Below, piece after piece: positions 1 to 15,067 of a stretch of DNA of 64,000 nt. The stretch comes from Alteromonadaceae bacterium (GTDB lineage Bacteria; Pseudomonadota; Gammaproteobacteria; Enterobacterales; Alteromonadaceae). Position 1 is the first letter of the stretch. Every line of letters starts with the position of its first letter. Both the position numbers and the translations under genes were made by a program. The notes below the pieces were generated by a model. It was not told the DNA's origin. It worked only from the letters and a program-made list of their open reading frames with translations, and ran no database searches. Where the stretch lies: assembly GCA_965279005.1 (NCBI GenBank), contig CBDIHK010000024.1, positions 166,562 to 230,561 on the forward strand, read 5' to 3'.

Positions 1-2
1 CC

Positions 3-584
3 TTGCCTTTGGATCTGAGCCAACACCGCAGCCGCATATTCTATTTATCTGGTGGCTATAAATATGCCCAAGGTGGTGAAGGTGTATGTTTTATGCATTG
101 TCCGAAAAGTATCCTACTAAGGCCGCTTTACACTGGCTGGTATGCAGAGTTTGGTGAGTTACAGAAGTTCAAGTCGCGCAAAGTGGACTACAGCAAAACG
201 GGTTTCCATTACGCTGGTTCTACCATGGACTACAGTGGCATTTACCGCCAGCTTGCTGTTTTTGAGCAGTGGCATGAGTTGGGGATCAGCATTGCTGATA
301 TCCATGGGCACGTACAAACCATGCAGGCCAGCTTTTTAGGGCACCTGGACAGCATTGGCCATGCAATATTGAACCGTGACAAATTGGTCGCAAATGACTT
401 ATCTGTGCATGGTCACTTCCTCAGTTTCGAATTACCCGGTGGTCAAGCTGGGCAGTTGCATGAATTTTTAAAGCAACACAAAATCATGACTGATCACCGT
501 GGCAACAGGTTGCGTTTTGGTTTTGCGCCGTACCATGAAGCTGGCGACATAGACTTGTCCTGCCTAGGACAATTCAATGTTTGA
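3..584 (+). CDS. C-terminal part of a kynureninase-like / class V aminotransferase-fold PLP enzyme (5' end lies outside the window)
   Basis: The ORF is open from the window edge. SGGYKYAQGGEG resembles the PLP-lysine motif of kynureninases. The tail DHRGNRLRFGFAPY resembles the kynureninase C-terminus. Confidence 0.45.
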   Translation: MPLDLSQHRSRIFYLSGGYKYAQGGEGVCFMHCPKSILLRPLYTGWYAEFGELQKFKSRKVDYSKTGFHYAGSTMDYSGIYRQLAVFEQWHELGISIADIHGHVQTMQASFLGHLDSIGHAILNRDKLVANDLSVHGHFLSFELPGGQAGQLHEFLKQHKIMTDHRGNRLRFGFAPYHEAGDIDLSCLGQFNV

Positions 585-762
585 TATTTTGTTATTGGCA
601 TTTGCCTTATTTCTGGTGTTGGAGGGGATAGGGCCGATGTTGTTTCCAAACAAGTGGCGCGCTTTTGTGCTCACCTTGGCAGATCGACCGGTCAATGAAT
701 TACGCATGATTGGCGGCGTGATGGTGACAATAGGCTTAGTGTCACTGCTTTATTGGTTGTGA
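577..762 (+). CDS. yjeT: DUF2065 (YjeT-like) small membrane protein
   Basis: A 61-aa two-TM protein (LFLVLEGIGPMLFPNKWR) immediately upstream of purA, as in E. coli. Its ATG overlaps the upstream stop (ATGTTTGA). Confidence 0.75.
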   Translation: MFDILLLAFALFLVLEGIGPMLFPNKWRAFVLTLADRPVNELRMIGGVMVTIGLVSLLYWL

Positions 763-899
763 AGCGCCTGAATAAGCCGTTTAAGCCAGCGTGCAGCGCC
801 AAATAGTGCTGTTGAATTGACCAAATAGACAACAAAATGGGTGATTCAAACTAGTCCTCTTGATAGAATCTTCCTCTAATTTTTCGAATAGCAAAATAA

Positions 900-2198
<1,299 letters not shown>

Positions 2199-2216
2199 TA
2201 CATCTGAAAAAAATTA

Positions 2217-2237
2217 GGTCGCGCTTGCGGCCTTTTT
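2217..2237 (+). terminator. rho-independent terminator after purA
   Basis: Hairpin ggtcgc-gctt-gcggcc followed by TTTTT. Confidence 0.6.
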
Positions 2238-2262
2238 CGCCTCTAACAGACAGGAAATCCAA

Positions 2263-3642
2263 GTGACTGATATTTCTACCATAGCTGGAAAAGTTGAACA
2301 CCTCAGGAAAACCTTCGCCACAGGTAAAACCCGCGATAGGCAGTGGCGTATCCAACAGCTGAAGCAGGTTAAACGGTTAACCATAGAAAATGAGCAAAAG
2401 ATACTGGACGCATTGGCCGCTGATCTCGGCAAGTGTGAATTGGAGGCCTGGAATTCAGAAATAAGCTATATCACCGGCGAAGTTGACCACAACATCAAAC
2501 ACCTGTCAGCCTGGATGCGCAGGCGTAGTGTGAAAACCCCTATCCTGGCACAGCCTGGCAAAAGCTATATCCAACCTGAGCCACTTGGGACTGCATTAAT
2601 CATCGGTGCTTGGAACTACCCATTCCAGCTAGTATTAGCGCCTTTTGTCGCCGCACTTGCTGCTGGCAACTGCGCGGTATTAAAGCCTTCTGAGCTGGCG
2701 GTAAATACCTCCGCTTTGCTCGCAGAGCTGGTGCCCCAGTACCTCGACAAAGATGCGGTTTGCGTGGTTGAGGGTGGCGTAGAGGAAACCACCGAGCTGT
2801 TGCAGCAGAAGTTTGACCATATCCTGTACACTGGCGGCGAAATGGTAGGCAAAATCATCATGCGCGCTGCAGCCGAGCATTTGACCCCGGTGACTTTGGA
2901 ACTTGGCGGCAAAAGCCCGTGTGTTGTCGACAAAAACACTAACCTAGATGTCTCAGTTTCCCGAATTGCCTGGTGTAAATGGATGAATGCAGGGCAAACC
3001 TGTGTTGCGCCTGATTATGTCATTGTGGAAAAACAATATGCCGATAAGCTCGTTGCTGCGCTTAAGCAGAAAATACACGCTTTCTATAGCAGTGATGCCC
3101 AGCAAAGCCAGGACTATGGCCGCATTATCAATGAACGGCACTGGCAGCGCATTATGGGCTACCTGGATGGACAAAACGTTGTCTTTGGTGGCTCTGGTAA
3201 CCAAGAAGACCGCTACATTGAACCAACCCTAGTACTCGATCCGGGCTGGGATAGCCCGCTAATGCAAAACGAGATATTTGGACCTATCCTGCCGATAATA
3301 ACGGTAGATAGTATCAGTGACGCAGAAGGTATTATTAATTCCCGACCCAAGCCCCTGGCAATGTATGTGTTTTCCAAAAACGATGCGTTTGTTGACAACC
3401 TATTGGCGCGAACTAGCGCCGGTAGTGTCTGTGTCAATGACGGCATGATGTTTATGGCAAACCAAGACTTGCCTTTTGGTGGGGTGGGCAATAGCGGCAT
3501 GGGTGCCTATTGTGGCAAAGCCGGGTTTGATACATTCAGCCACCTCAAGGCGGTAATGAAACGCAGCTTTGCTTTTGACGTGGACGTGCGCTACGCACCC
3601 TACTCAGACAAAAAATTAAAAATGTTGAAGATGTTGCGCTAA
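2263..3642 (+). CDS. NAD(P)-dependent aldehyde dehydrogenase (class 3-like)
   Basis: 459 aa with a GTG start. Contains ELGGKSP and the catalytic Cys motif GQTCVAPDY. Confidence 0.9.
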   Translation: MTDISTIAGKVEHLRKTFATGKTRDRQWRIQQLKQVKRLTIENEQKILDALAADLGKCELEAWNSEISYITGEVDHNIKHLSAWMRRRSVKTPILAQPGKSYIQPEPLGTALIIGAWNYPFQLVLAPFVAALAAGNCAVLKPSELAVNTSALLAELVPQYLDKDAVCVVEGGVEETTELLQQKFDHILYTGGEMVGKIIMRAAAEHLTPVTLELGGKSPCVVDKNTNLDVSVSRIAWCKWMNAGQTCVAPDYVIVEKQYADKLVAALKQKIHAFYSSDAQQSQDYGRIINERHWQRIMGYLDGQNVVFGGSGNQEDRYIEPTLVLDPGWDSPLMQNEIFGPILPIITVDSISDAEGIINSRPKPLAMYVFSKNDAFVDNLLARTSAGSVCVNDGMMFMANQDLPFGGVGNSGMGAYCGKAGFDTFSHLKAVMKRSFAFDVDVRYAPYSDKKLKMLKMLR

Positions 3643-3644
3643 CC

Positions 3645-4073
3645 ATGGCTGATGCATTGCGCCCCTTCCACTTGGCAATACCTGTACATGACCTGGCACT
3701 TGCCGATTCTTTCTATGGCGGTGTATTGGGTTGCACCAAGGGGCGCTTTAGCTCACGCTGGATCGATTGGGATTTCTGGGGGCACCAGCTAGTCACCCAC
3801 CAAGTGCCTGCAAAAAAGCAGGATGCTGGCGCCAATAATGTCGATGGCGAACAAGTATCAGTGCCACATTTTGGCGTTGTGATGACAAAAGCCCAGTGGT
3901 CAGATATCAAAGCCACCGTTGAAAAGCATAATATTCCCTATGTCATTAAACCTACCTTGCGTTTTGCCGGCGAACCGGGCGAACAAGGTACATTTTTTAT
4001 TCGTGACTATTCAGAAAATTTGCTAGAGTTTAAATACTTTGATGATTTAGATTCACTATTCAAAGCTGAGTAG
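3645..4073 (+). CDS. VOC/glyoxalase-fold protein
   Basis: 142 aa, with an N-terminal FHLAIPVHDL beta-alpha-beta-beta-beta signature. It starts 2 nt after the ALDH stop, so the two are probably an operon. Confidence 0.7.
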   Translation: MADALRPFHLAIPVHDLALADSFYGGVLGCTKGRFSSRWIDWDFWGHQLVTHQVPAKKQDAGANNVDGEQVSVPHFGVVMTKAQWSDIKATVEKHNIPYVIKPTLRFAGEPGEQGTFFIRDYSENLLEFKYFDDLDSLFKAE

Positions 4074-4135
4074 TATTCAACAAAAAAATGAATGCGGTTC
4101 GCTAAACGTGAGTCCGTTGGCTAAGATCGATTGCA

Positions 4136-5134
4136 ATGAAATACCACGAATCCTATTCTGATTCCCAAGCTCTGCTAGAAAAGGCACTGCGCTTCTTGGA
4201 TCAATATCAGCTAGCCTATAACCCAGTATTCTACGCTGTTGCCTACCAACATATGGCGGGTAACAACTTGGCATTAAGCGGCGCCATTGAACAGGCTATT
4301 GCTGCTGGAAAATTCGATCCCTATGGCGTGGAACAATTATTCGAACAATTCATTGAAAGCCAATCCAATGATAATGCCCCTGATTTTGATGAGCTGGGGA
4401 GCACCATCGACAAATTACAAGGTGCGGCTGAGAAAAACGGCGTGGCTGTGGACGCTTTGGATAAAGAGCTTGGCAATAACTATGGTTCTGCTTCAAGCAA
4501 TCCAGAACCCATTGTGGCTATCACAAAATCAATCGTTGATGGCCAGAAAAAGCTGATGAAGCAAGTGGCCAAGGCTAAAACCCAATCGGAACAAATAAAA
4601 GCGGAACTTGCGGCGGCAAAATTGCAAGCGGTTACCGACCCACTGACCAGCCTGCAAAACCGCAATGGCTTGGAAATCCAATTCAAGGGGTTGCTTGGCC
4701 AAGGCCAAAAACAGGGCATATATACCGGATTGCTCGACCTCGACCATTTTAAGAATTTTAACGACAGTTACGGCCACTTGGTTGGGGATCTTATTCTGAA
4801 GCGGATCGGTAAGCTGCTAAAAGAAGAATTACCAAATGAAGCTACGCCTTTCAGGTTTGGTGGCGAAGAATTTGTCATGCTGCTAACGGCTTCCCACATA
4901 GATGCTGCAATCTCAATTGCTGAGGAAATCCGCTATAAAGTGGAGAAATTGCGCTTCAAAAGTGCCAAGACGAAAGAGCGTTTACCGCAACTGACTATAT
5001 CCATAGGGCTTAGCCAATGGAGCCATGGTGAAACCTTGGAAGAGGTGCTTATCAGGGCGGACGAAGCCCTATACCAGGCGAAGAATGAAGGTAGGAACCT
5101 GGTTAAGTTTAGTTATGTAGAGGCGAGGGACTGA
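4136..5134 (+). CDS. diguanylate cyclase (GGDEF domain; GGEEF active site)
   Basis: The C-terminal domain carries DLDHFKNFND, RFGGEEF and the ADEALYQAKNEGRN motifs. Confidence 0.9.
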   Translation: MKYHESYSDSQALLEKALRFLDQYQLAYNPVFYAVAYQHMAGNNLALSGAIEQAIAAGKFDPYGVEQLFEQFIESQSNDNAPDFDELGSTIDKLQGAAEKNGVAVDALDKELGNNYGSASSNPEPIVAITKSIVDGQKKLMKQVAKAKTQSEQIKAELAAAKLQAVTDPLTSLQNRNGLEIQFKGLLGQGQKQGIYTGLLDLDHFKNFNDSYGHLVGDLILKRIGKLLKEELPNEATPFRFGGEEFVMLLTASHIDAAISIAEEIRYKVEKLRFKSAKTKERLPQLTISIGLSQWSHGETLEEVLIRADEALYQAKNEGRNLVKFSYVEARD

Positions 5135-5216
5135 ATAAAGTTTTCAATTTGGGGTGGCCTCCATTACACTTGCAGGGGCTTAACTTAAACTATTCTTGGA
5201 TGAAAGGTAAACTCCC

Positions 5217-5543
5217 ATGAAACTAATCTATGCTTTATTAGCCCTATTGTTGCCAATTAGTGTATACGCTGCTAATCAAACTATTCCGAGTGATCGTGAA
5301 ATAGTAGAAATTGTAAGTTATCATGATCATACGGTAATCAAGTTCTCCCCTGGGTTTCAAGATAGTCAGGATTGCACTAGCAATGCCACTAACACAATCC
5401 AGTTAGATACGGCAGACGATCCCAACGGGCAGATGTATGCACTAGTGTTGGCCGCGGCTGCCGCTTCTAAGAATATAGGGTTTGGCATAGGCGGATGTGC
5501 TGGCCAATATCCACGGGTCTATCGCGTTGATGTAAGATTCTGA
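5217..5543 (+). CDS. hypothetical small secreted protein
   Basis: 108 aa with a clear signal peptide (LLALLLPISVYA/AN) and two Cys residues. I recognise no family. Confidence 0.5.
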   Translation: MKLIYALLALLLPISVYAANQTIPSDREIVEIVSYHDHTVIKFSPGFQDSQDCTSNATNTIQLDTADDPNGQMYALVLAAAAASKNIGFGIGGCAGQYPRVYRVDVRF

Positions 5544-5593
5544 TTGCTACTTGGATTTGCTTACAAAAGCGGTTTTTTAACCTATGTGAAATG

Positions 5594-5625
5594 AAAAATG
5601 CCAGCTCAAAGCTGGCATTTTGTCT
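5594..5625. terminator. bidirectional rho-independent terminator between the secreted-protein gene and fadA
   Basis: aaaaatgccagct-caa-agctggcatttt: an A-run, a 9-bp stem and a T-run. Confidence 0.7.
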
Positions 5626-5646
5626 TTATGATAATAGCACTAGGGT

Positions 5647-6822
<1,176 letters not shown>

Positions 6823-6825
6823 CTA

Positions 6826-8979
6826 TTATTGCGCAAAAAAGCTTTTGCCAGACTTGGCCATTTCGCGAAGGCCGTCGGTTACTTGGTAAATCGCACCAAG
6901 ATCTGCGTACTTGTCAGCCATTTCAACAAAATTGGCAATACCAACGGTCTCGATGTAGCGGAAAATGCCGCCGCGGAATGGAGGGAAACCAAGGCCATAC
7001 AACAATGCCATGTCAGCTTCTGCTGCAGATGCGACAATGCCTTCTTCCAAACAACGCACGGCTTCGTTGGCCATAGGTACCATCAAGCGCGCGATGATCT
7101 CTTCTGCGTCGAAATCTGTTTTGTCCTGGCAATGTGGCTGCATAAGGGCATAGGCATCTTCAGCTGGTGACTTGCTTGGTCGGCCTTTTTTGTCGACACC
7201 GTGGTCATAGAAGCCTTTTTGGTTCTTCTGGCCATAGCGCTGCGCTTGGTACATCAGCGTGACTGGGTCATTTTCCAGTTTCTGCATACGCTCTGGGAAG
7301 CCCGACGCCATAACATCAGAAGCGTGGTCAGCAGTATCAATACCGACGACGTCAAGCAAATAGGCAGGACCCATAGGCCAACCAAACTGCTTCTCCATCA
7401 CTTTATCTACGGCAACAAAATCAGCACCATCGAGGATCAACTTGCTGAAGCCGGCAAAATAAGGGAATAGCACCCGGTTCACCAAGAATCCAGGGCAGTC
7501 GTTGACTACGATGGGGGTTTTACCCATCTTCAAGCTCATGGCAACAACATTGGCGATGGTTTCATCAGAGGTTTTTTCGCCACGGATAATTTCCACCAAG
7601 GGCATTTTGTGCACAGGGTTGAAAAAGTGCATGCCGCAGAATTTATCAGGGCGGGCAAGGTTTTCTGCCAAGCTATTGATTGAAATCGTGGAAGTGTTGG
7701 AACAAATCACGGTTTCTTCACCCACCGCTTGTTCGGTTTCCTTGAGTACAATGCCTTTCACTTTTGGATTTTCAACAACGGCTTCAATCACAATTTCAGC
7801 GTCTTTTATGGCTGAGTACTCTAAGCTAGGCACGATATTGTTGAGGGTATTGGCCATCTTCTTGGCATCGACTTTACCGCGCTTCATACCTTTGCCAAGG
7901 ATTTTACTCGCTTCATCCAAGCCAAGTTGCAATGCCGGCTGGGCGATGTCTTTCATGACTGTCTTCGTGCCTTTAAGGGCGGCCTGGTATGCGATACCGC
8001 CACCCATGATACCCGCACCCAATACAGCGGCTTCAGAGAAGCTCTTAGTGGCGGCTTTGGCTTGCTTCTTGCCTTTGCCCTTTACTACTTGATCCGCTAA
8101 GAATATACCGACCTGTGCAGTGGCTGCGTCAGATTTGGCTAAAGTCACAAAGCCTTGGTTTTCTAGCTTCAAAGCCTCTTCCCGGCCACAAGCCGCTGCT
8201 TTTTCCAAGGTTTTTACCACCATATGCGGCGCCGGGTAGTGCTTGCCTGCTTGGGCTGCTACCATGCCTTTTGCTGTTGCAAAGCTCATCATGGCTTCGT
8301 TTGGCGTGAGCTTTAATGGTGACTTTTTCGCTTCGCGGCGGGCTTTCCAGTCAATATCGCCGTCAGCGGCAGCGTTGAGCATCTTAAGCGCGACTGCCTG
8401 CAGCTGTTCTGGTGTCGTAGCGGCATCAATGGCGCCCTCTGCCAAGGCTTTGTCCGCCTTGCGGTCGCGGCCAGTGGTCATCCACTCCATCGCGTTGTCG
8501 GCACCGATGATACGGGGAAGGCGCACTGTACCACCAAACCCAGGCATCAAACCGAGCTTAACTTCTGGTAGGCCAATCGCCGCAGTACTGTCTGCAACCC
8601 TTAAGTCACAAGCGAGGGTCATCTCGCAACCGCCGCCTAGGGCAAAACCATTGATCGCTGCAATGGTTGGGAAAGGTAAATCTTCAAAGCGGTCGAATAC
8701 TTTTGAGGTTTTTTCGACCCAGGATAATAGCTCTGATTCTGGTGCTGCAAACAAGCCGGTAAATTCGGTGATATCAGCACCTACGATAAAGGTTGATTTA
8801 TTAGAGCGGACGAGTGCGCCCCTGATATCCGTTTGCGCTTCTAATGCTGCGCATAATTCATCGAGTTCGGTAACGGTTTGCTGGTCGAACTTATTAACCG
8901 AGCCTTGGGCATCAAATACGATATCGACAATATCATTTTCCAGGCGGTCGGCTTGTAAGCATTGGCCTTTAAATAACAT
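6826..8979 (-). CDS. fadB: fatty acid oxidation complex alpha subunit (enoyl-CoA hydratase / 3-hydroxyacyl-CoA dehydrogenase)
   Basis: I chose the start at MLFKGQ (ATG 8979, preceded by GGAG) by similarity to the FadB N-terminus MLYKGD. Contains the GADITEF and [10 protein letters not shown] motifs. The track ORF extends to 9033. Confidence 0.95.
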   Translation of the reverse strand: MLFKGQCLQADRLENDIVDIVFDAQGSVNKFDQQTVTELDELCAALEAQTDIRGALVRSNKSTFIVGADITEFTGLFAAPESELLSWVEKTSKVFDRFEDLPFPTIAAINGFALGGGCEMTLACDLRVADSTAAIGLPEVKLGLMPGFGGTVRLPRIIGADNAMEWMTTGRDRKADKALAEGAIDAATTPEQLQAVALKMLNAAADGDIDWKARREAKKSPLKLTPNEAMMSFATAKGMVAAQAGKHYPAPHMVVKTLEKAAACGREEALKLENQGFVTLAKSDAATAQVGIFLADQVVKGKGKKQAKAATKSFSEAAVLGAGIMGGGIAYQAALKGTKTVMKDIAQPALQLGLDEASKILGKGMKRGKVDAKKMANTLNNIVPSLEYSAIKDAEIVIEAVVENPKVKGIVLKETEQAVGEETVICSNTSTISINSLAENLARPDKFCGMHFFNPVHKMPLVEIIRGEKTSDETIANVVAMSLKMGKTPIVVNDCPGFLVNRVLFPYFAGFSKLILDGADFVAVDKVMEKQFGWPMGPAYLLDVVGIDTADHASDVMASGFPERMQKLENDPVTLMYQAQRYGQKNQKGFYDHGVDKKGRPSKSPAEDAYALMQPHCQDKTDFDAEEIIARLMVPMANEAVRCLEEGIVASAAEADMALLYGLGFPPFRGGIFRYIETVGIANFVEMADKYADLGAIYQVTDGLREMAKSGKSFFAQ

Positions 8980-9030
8980 AGAGTTCTCCATTGCGGTAAG
9001 GGCTGGGTCAAAGCAGTTCGAAACAGTGTT

Positions 9031-9043
9031 CAAACATTGTTTC
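9031..9043. promoter_or_regulatory. PsrA-like operator candidate (CAAACattGTTTC) upstream of fadBA
   Basis: Matches the published Pseudomonas PsrA consensus G/CAAAC(N2-4)GTTTG/C. It lies about 50 nt upstream of the fadB start. Confidence 0.3.
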
Positions 9044-9129
9044 TGCTGCCTAAAAGAACTTCGCCCTTTTCCGGTCTTTTGTAGGGAGCATCATTGTTGT
9101 TGAGAAATTGTTAAATTTCAACTCAAATT

Positions 9130-9143
9130 CAAACAATTGTTTA
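9130..9143. promoter_or_regulatory. second PsrA-like palindrome (cAAACAATTGTTTa)
   Basis: A perfect 12-bp palindrome AAACAATTGTTT in the fadB upstream region. Confidence 0.3.
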
Positions 9144-9381
9144 AATTTGTGGAAGTGCCCTATTTTACTGGCGTAGCTGGCAGTAGTTCGGTATTTTATT
9201 GATGTAATCAGGGAGTTAGCTAAGCCACTTTGCATCGGGCGGGTTAGGCGCGGCTATAATGTAAATCTACTGTTACAATTAATGCAGTGAAAATTACTAA
9301 ATGGGCAGCCAATATGCTGCCTAAATTACCTATGAATCAACTTCTTAGCATCGCTGAATAAATATTACGTAAGGAAATTGA

Positions 9382-11310
9382 ATGCAGCGCAGAATCTTCA
9401 AGCAATTCCTTTGTCTATTGTGCGTCTCCTTTATACCCGCTAGCAGTTGGGCGGATGCTGGACAACAGCAGTTGCGGGATTGGTTTGAACGGGCGGAGCA
9501 AATCGCCCATCGCCCCAACAGCAGCGAGTACCGTTTTTTGCAAAAGGAGCTAGAGGGGTACCCACTGTGGCCCTATGTCGAGCAAAAAACCTTGCGCCGT
9601 TACCCTTACATTTCCAATGAAAAGCGTATTGCCCGGTTCCTTGAAGCCCACGCGGATACTATTTTAGACCGGCCGCTTCGGAAAAAGTGGCTGACTCATT
9701 TGGCCAAACAGAACCGGGGGGATCTGTTTTTAAAATACTACCGAGACATTGGTGATACGTCATTGCAATGCCACAAATTGCGCTTTGCAATCGATAAATC
9801 GAATCCTAGCAAGTCTGAATTGGACGCTATCGAGCAGCTTTGGTTAGTGGGTAAATCCCAACCGAAAGAATGTGATCCCCTTTTCGCTATGTGGAAAGGA
9901 CAAGGTCGTTTGACTGAGCAGACGGTACTAAAGCGCTTGGAATTGGCGGCTGATGGTGGCCGAGCCACGTTAATACCTTACCTGAAGACACTACTTCCGA
10001 AAAATAAGCAATATCTCGCCGATTTATGGCTTGAAGTACGGCGCTCCCCTAGCAAAGTGTCCCGTCTGTCAAAATTTATCGGTGCCAACCCGGACATTGA
10101 AACTGACATTATCAGCTACGGTTTGAGGCGGTTAATTTGGCGCAATACAGAATTAGCCTTAAAAACCTGGCCGAAGGCAGCAAAACGCTTCCCGTTTAGT
10201 TCCGGGCAAAAGCAGGCTATTTCAGCGAGATTTGCCATTGCATTGTCATCAAGAAACCACGACCAGGCAGAAACGTGGTTGGAGCGGGCGTCGTCGTTGC
10301 AGCAAAATGAGGAGTTGTTCCGCTGGCACTTGGCGCAAATATTACGCGAGCAAAATTGGGCACACGTACTGGAAATCATGCCCAATATGCCGGCAGAGCC
10401 TGACGAAGCTTTGGCCTACCAATATTGGCAAGCAAGGGCTGAACAGGAGCTTGGCATGGGCTCAACCGCACAGGCGTCCCTCAACCAGTTGGCGAAGTTA
10501 CGGCATTATTACGGCTTTTTAGCTTCTGGCAAACAAGGCAAGCCCATCTCCATGGTGGACATCCCGCTGAGTCCCAGCCAACAGCAATTGGTAGACGTAG
10601 CCAACCTGCCACCAGTGCAAAGGGCTAAAGAATTTTTGGCGCTTGGCCGGACTGCGTCTGCAAGGCGCGAATGGCGCTATTTCAGGGAGTCTGCGGCAAA
10701 AGAAGATATGCAGGTGGCTGCGGTATTGGCAAGCCAGTGGCAATGGCACGACCAGGCTATCCACACGTTTTCTGATTCTGGTTATTTGGATGATGTGAGC
10801 AAGCGCTTCCCCTTGGCTTTCAAACAGGATTTAGTGGCTAACTCCAAGCGCCACAATATCCTTCCGGCATGGGCTTTTGCCATCACCCGGCGCGAAAGTT
10901 CATTTTTAGTGGATGCCCACTCCAGTGCAGGTGCCCGGGGGTTGATGCAACTGTTGCCATCTACCGTGAGTTACATGGAGAAAAAGAAATACCGCAACCG
11001 GCAACTTTATGATCCGCGTATTAACGTCGCGATGGGAACCAAGTACATGCGCTACTTGATGGATAAAATGGATAACAATCCAGTGCTAGTGACAGCTTCC
11101 TATAATGCTGGCTGGCGCCGGGTCAAAGACTGGGTTCCAGAAGACGAAGCCATCCCTTTTGATATTTGGGTGGAAACTATTCCGTTTAAAGAGACCCGAA
11201 ACTATGTAAAAGCGGTCCTCGCTTATAAACAGATTTACCAAAAGCTACTCGGCGAGGACGAAAATTTCTTTGCCCAGTACGCCAATATGTCCATTGGTGG
11301 CAATGGCTAA
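9382..11310 (+). CDS. slt: soluble lytic murein transglycosylase
   Basis: 642 aa with a signal peptide, a superhelical N-terminal domain, and a C-terminal SLT domain (RRESSF...GLMQLLP, YNAG). Confidence 0.9.
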   Translation: MQRRIFKQFLCLLCVSFIPASSWADAGQQQLRDWFERAEQIAHRPNSSEYRFLQKELEGYPLWPYVEQKTLRRYPYISNEKRIARFLEAHADTILDRPLRKKWLTHLAKQNRGDLFLKYYRDIGDTSLQCHKLRFAIDKSNPSKSELDAIEQLWLVGKSQPKECDPLFAMWKGQGRLTEQTVLKRLELAADGGRATLIPYLKTLLPKNKQYLADLWLEVRRSPSKVSRLSKFIGANPDIETDIISYGLRRLIWRNTELALKTWPKAAKRFPFSSGQKQAISARFAIALSSRNHDQAETWLERASSLQQNEELFRWHLAQILREQNWAHVLEIMPNMPAEPDEALAYQYWQARAEQELGMGSTAQASLNQLAKLRHYYGFLASGKQGKPISMVDIPLSPSQQQLVDVANLPPVQRAKEFLALGRTASARREWRYFRESAAKEDMQVAAVLASQWQWHDQAIHTFSDSGYLDDVSKRFPLAFKQDLVANSKRHNILPAWAFAITRRESSFLVDAHSSAGARGLMQLLPSTVSYMEKKKYRNRQLYDPRINVAMGTKYMRYLMDKMDNNPVLVTASYNAGWRRVKDWVPEDEAIPFDIWVETIPFKETRNYVKAVLAYKQIYQKLLGEDENFFAQYANMSIGGNG

Positions 11311-11337
11311 GCATCACTTTGCCCCTAACCCGGCTGA

Positions 11338-12690
<1,353 letters not shown>

Positions 12691-12751
12691 CAATTGTTGG
12701 AAATACGGTAATAAGAGCGTGCATTCCAGTGAGGATCGCAGCGACAATCAG

Positions 12752-13069
12752 CTACTCATCTTCCTCTGGTATGGCCTTGCCCAGATCTGCCATTATTTTA
12801 CGTGCCGCAGTAGGAATTTTTTCAGGGTTGTCTTTGCGCAGGTCTGCGTCGTCAGGCAATGGCTGCCCAGTGAACGCATGCAGGAAGGCTTCGCAAAGCA
12901 ACTCAGAATTGGTAGCATGCTTTAAGTTGTTCACCTGGCGACGGGTACGCTCATCCGTCAACACTTGCAATACCTGCAGTGGAATGGAAACCGTTATCTT
13001 TTTAACTTGTTCACTCTTCTTGCCGTGCTCTGCATAAGGGTGGATATATTCGCCGTTCCACTTAGCCAT
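12752..13069 (-). CDS. metJ: methionine repressor
   Basis: 105 aa, [30 protein letters not shown]. Near-full-length identity pattern with MetJ. Confidence 0.97.
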   Translation of the reverse strand: MAKWNGEYIHPYAEHGKKSEQVKKITVSIPLQVLQVLTDERTRRQVNNLKHATNSELLCEAFLHAFTGQPLPDDADLRKDNPEKIPTAARKIMADLGKAIPEEDE

Positions 13070-13132
13070 GATGTGCTCCTGGTATAGTTTATAGTGTGGA
13101 TTTTAAATTTTATCTCGCCTGCGTCAACATTT

Positions 13133-13156
13133 AGGCATCTAAACATCTTGACGTCT
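13133..13156. promoter_or_regulatory. three tandem met boxes (MetJ operator)
   Basis: aggcatct/aaacatct/tgacgtct match the AGACGTCT consensus at 6/8, 6/8 and 7/8, in 8-bp register. Confidence 0.6.
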
Positions 13157-13177
13157 AGTGGCTCTACAGTTAGATTT

Positions 13178-13193
13178 GGCCATCTAAACGTCT
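13178..13193. promoter_or_regulatory. two tandem met boxes just upstream of metF
   Basis: ggccatct/aaacgtct match AGACGTCT at 5/8 and 7/8. They lie about 20-35 nt before the metF start. Confidence 0.5.
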
Positions 13194-13202
13194 AAATAAT
13201 GA

Positions 13203-14093
<891 letters not shown>

Positions 14094-14137
14094 AGGCGCT
14101 ACACTTCGATAACACAAGTGTATAATTTGCAGGTTAC

Positions 14138-15016
14138 ATGCAGGCGATAATTGACATGGTGGCCAAATACAGGCCCACCGCTGAACGGTTTTCCAAACAG
14201 TTTTTTAAACAAATCGTGGATGACAAAATTGCGGTGACTGCCGGCCACCTGGCCTATGTCACCCTGTTGTCATTGGTGCCTTTTATTGTTGTCTTTTTTG
14301 CCATCTTGCAGGCTTTCCCTGCATTCCAGAGTGCCAAGCAAAAACTAGAAGACTTTGTGTTTAGCAATTTTGTGCCGGCTGCGGGCGATGTAGTACAACG
14401 TTATGTCGGTGAATTTGTGGGCAATGCCTCGGAAATGGGAGCCATCAGCATTATGTTTTTGGTGGTGGTTGCACTGCTGCTGATACACAACGTTGATAAG
14501 ACGCTGAATATCATTTGGCGGACTCCGATCCAGCGCCGTGCTATTTTTACCTTTGCTATTTATTGGATGGTCTTGACCTTGGGTCCATTGTTGGTAGGCA
14601 CTAGCTTGGCAATGACATCGTATCTCGTTGCGTTGCAAGCATTTGCTGATGAGTATACGCCAGGTTTAGGTACGCTGTTTTTTAACTTTACTCCCTTCCT
14701 GATTTCTTGTGGTGTCTACTTCATCCTTTATATGGTTGTGCCCAACAAAACAGTTAAAGCTAAACACGCTGTCATTGGAGCAGTGTTTGCCGCGGTGCTA
14801 TTTGAGTTAGGTAAAAAGTTCTTCAGTATTTATGTGACGAGTTTCGATTCTTACCAGGTTATCTATGGTGCCCTAGCGGCTGTGCCCATCCTATTTGTGT
14901 GGGTCTACGTGTCTTGGTTTATCGTATTGTTAGGGGCGGTATTTACCGTTCAGGTGGAACATTTGGCAGCCCAGTTGGGTGACGATACGGATAATGGGGA
15001 GTCGACGGCGGAATAG
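14138..15016 (+). CDS. yihY: YihY/BrkB-family inner membrane protein
   Basis: 292 aa, multi-TM (AGHLAYVTLLSLVPF). Followed by dtd as in E. coli. Confidence 0.85.
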   Translation: MQAIIDMVAKYRPTAERFSKQFFKQIVDDKIAVTAGHLAYVTLLSLVPFIVVFFAILQAFPAFQSAKQKLEDFVFSNFVPAAGDVVQRYVGEFVGNASEMGAISIMFLVVVALLLIHNVDKTLNIIWRTPIQRRAIFTFAIYWMVLTLGPLLVGTSLAMTSYLVALQAFADEYTPGLGTLFFNFTPFLISCGVYFILYMVVPNKTVKAKHAVIGAVFAAVLFELGKKFFSIYVTSFDSYQVIYGALAAVPILFVWVYVSWFIVLLGAVFTVQVEHLAAQLGDDTDNGESTAE

Positions 15017-15018
15017 AC

Positions 15019-15053
15019 AAGCCTATGCAGTGTGATGCACTGTACAGGCTTGG
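15019..15053. terminator. long imperfect hairpin between the convergent yihY and DUF2959 genes
   Basis: caagcctatgcagtg-tgat-gcactgtacaggcttg forms a roughly 15-bp imperfect stem. There is no clear U-run. Confidence 0.35.
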
Positions 15054-15067
15054 AGATGTAGCCAATA

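Noticed and set aside
8878-8894. A FadR-like box (tgCTGGTCgaActTaTT).
   Set aside because: It lies inside the fadB coding region about 100 nt downstream of the start, and it mismatches key consensus positions.
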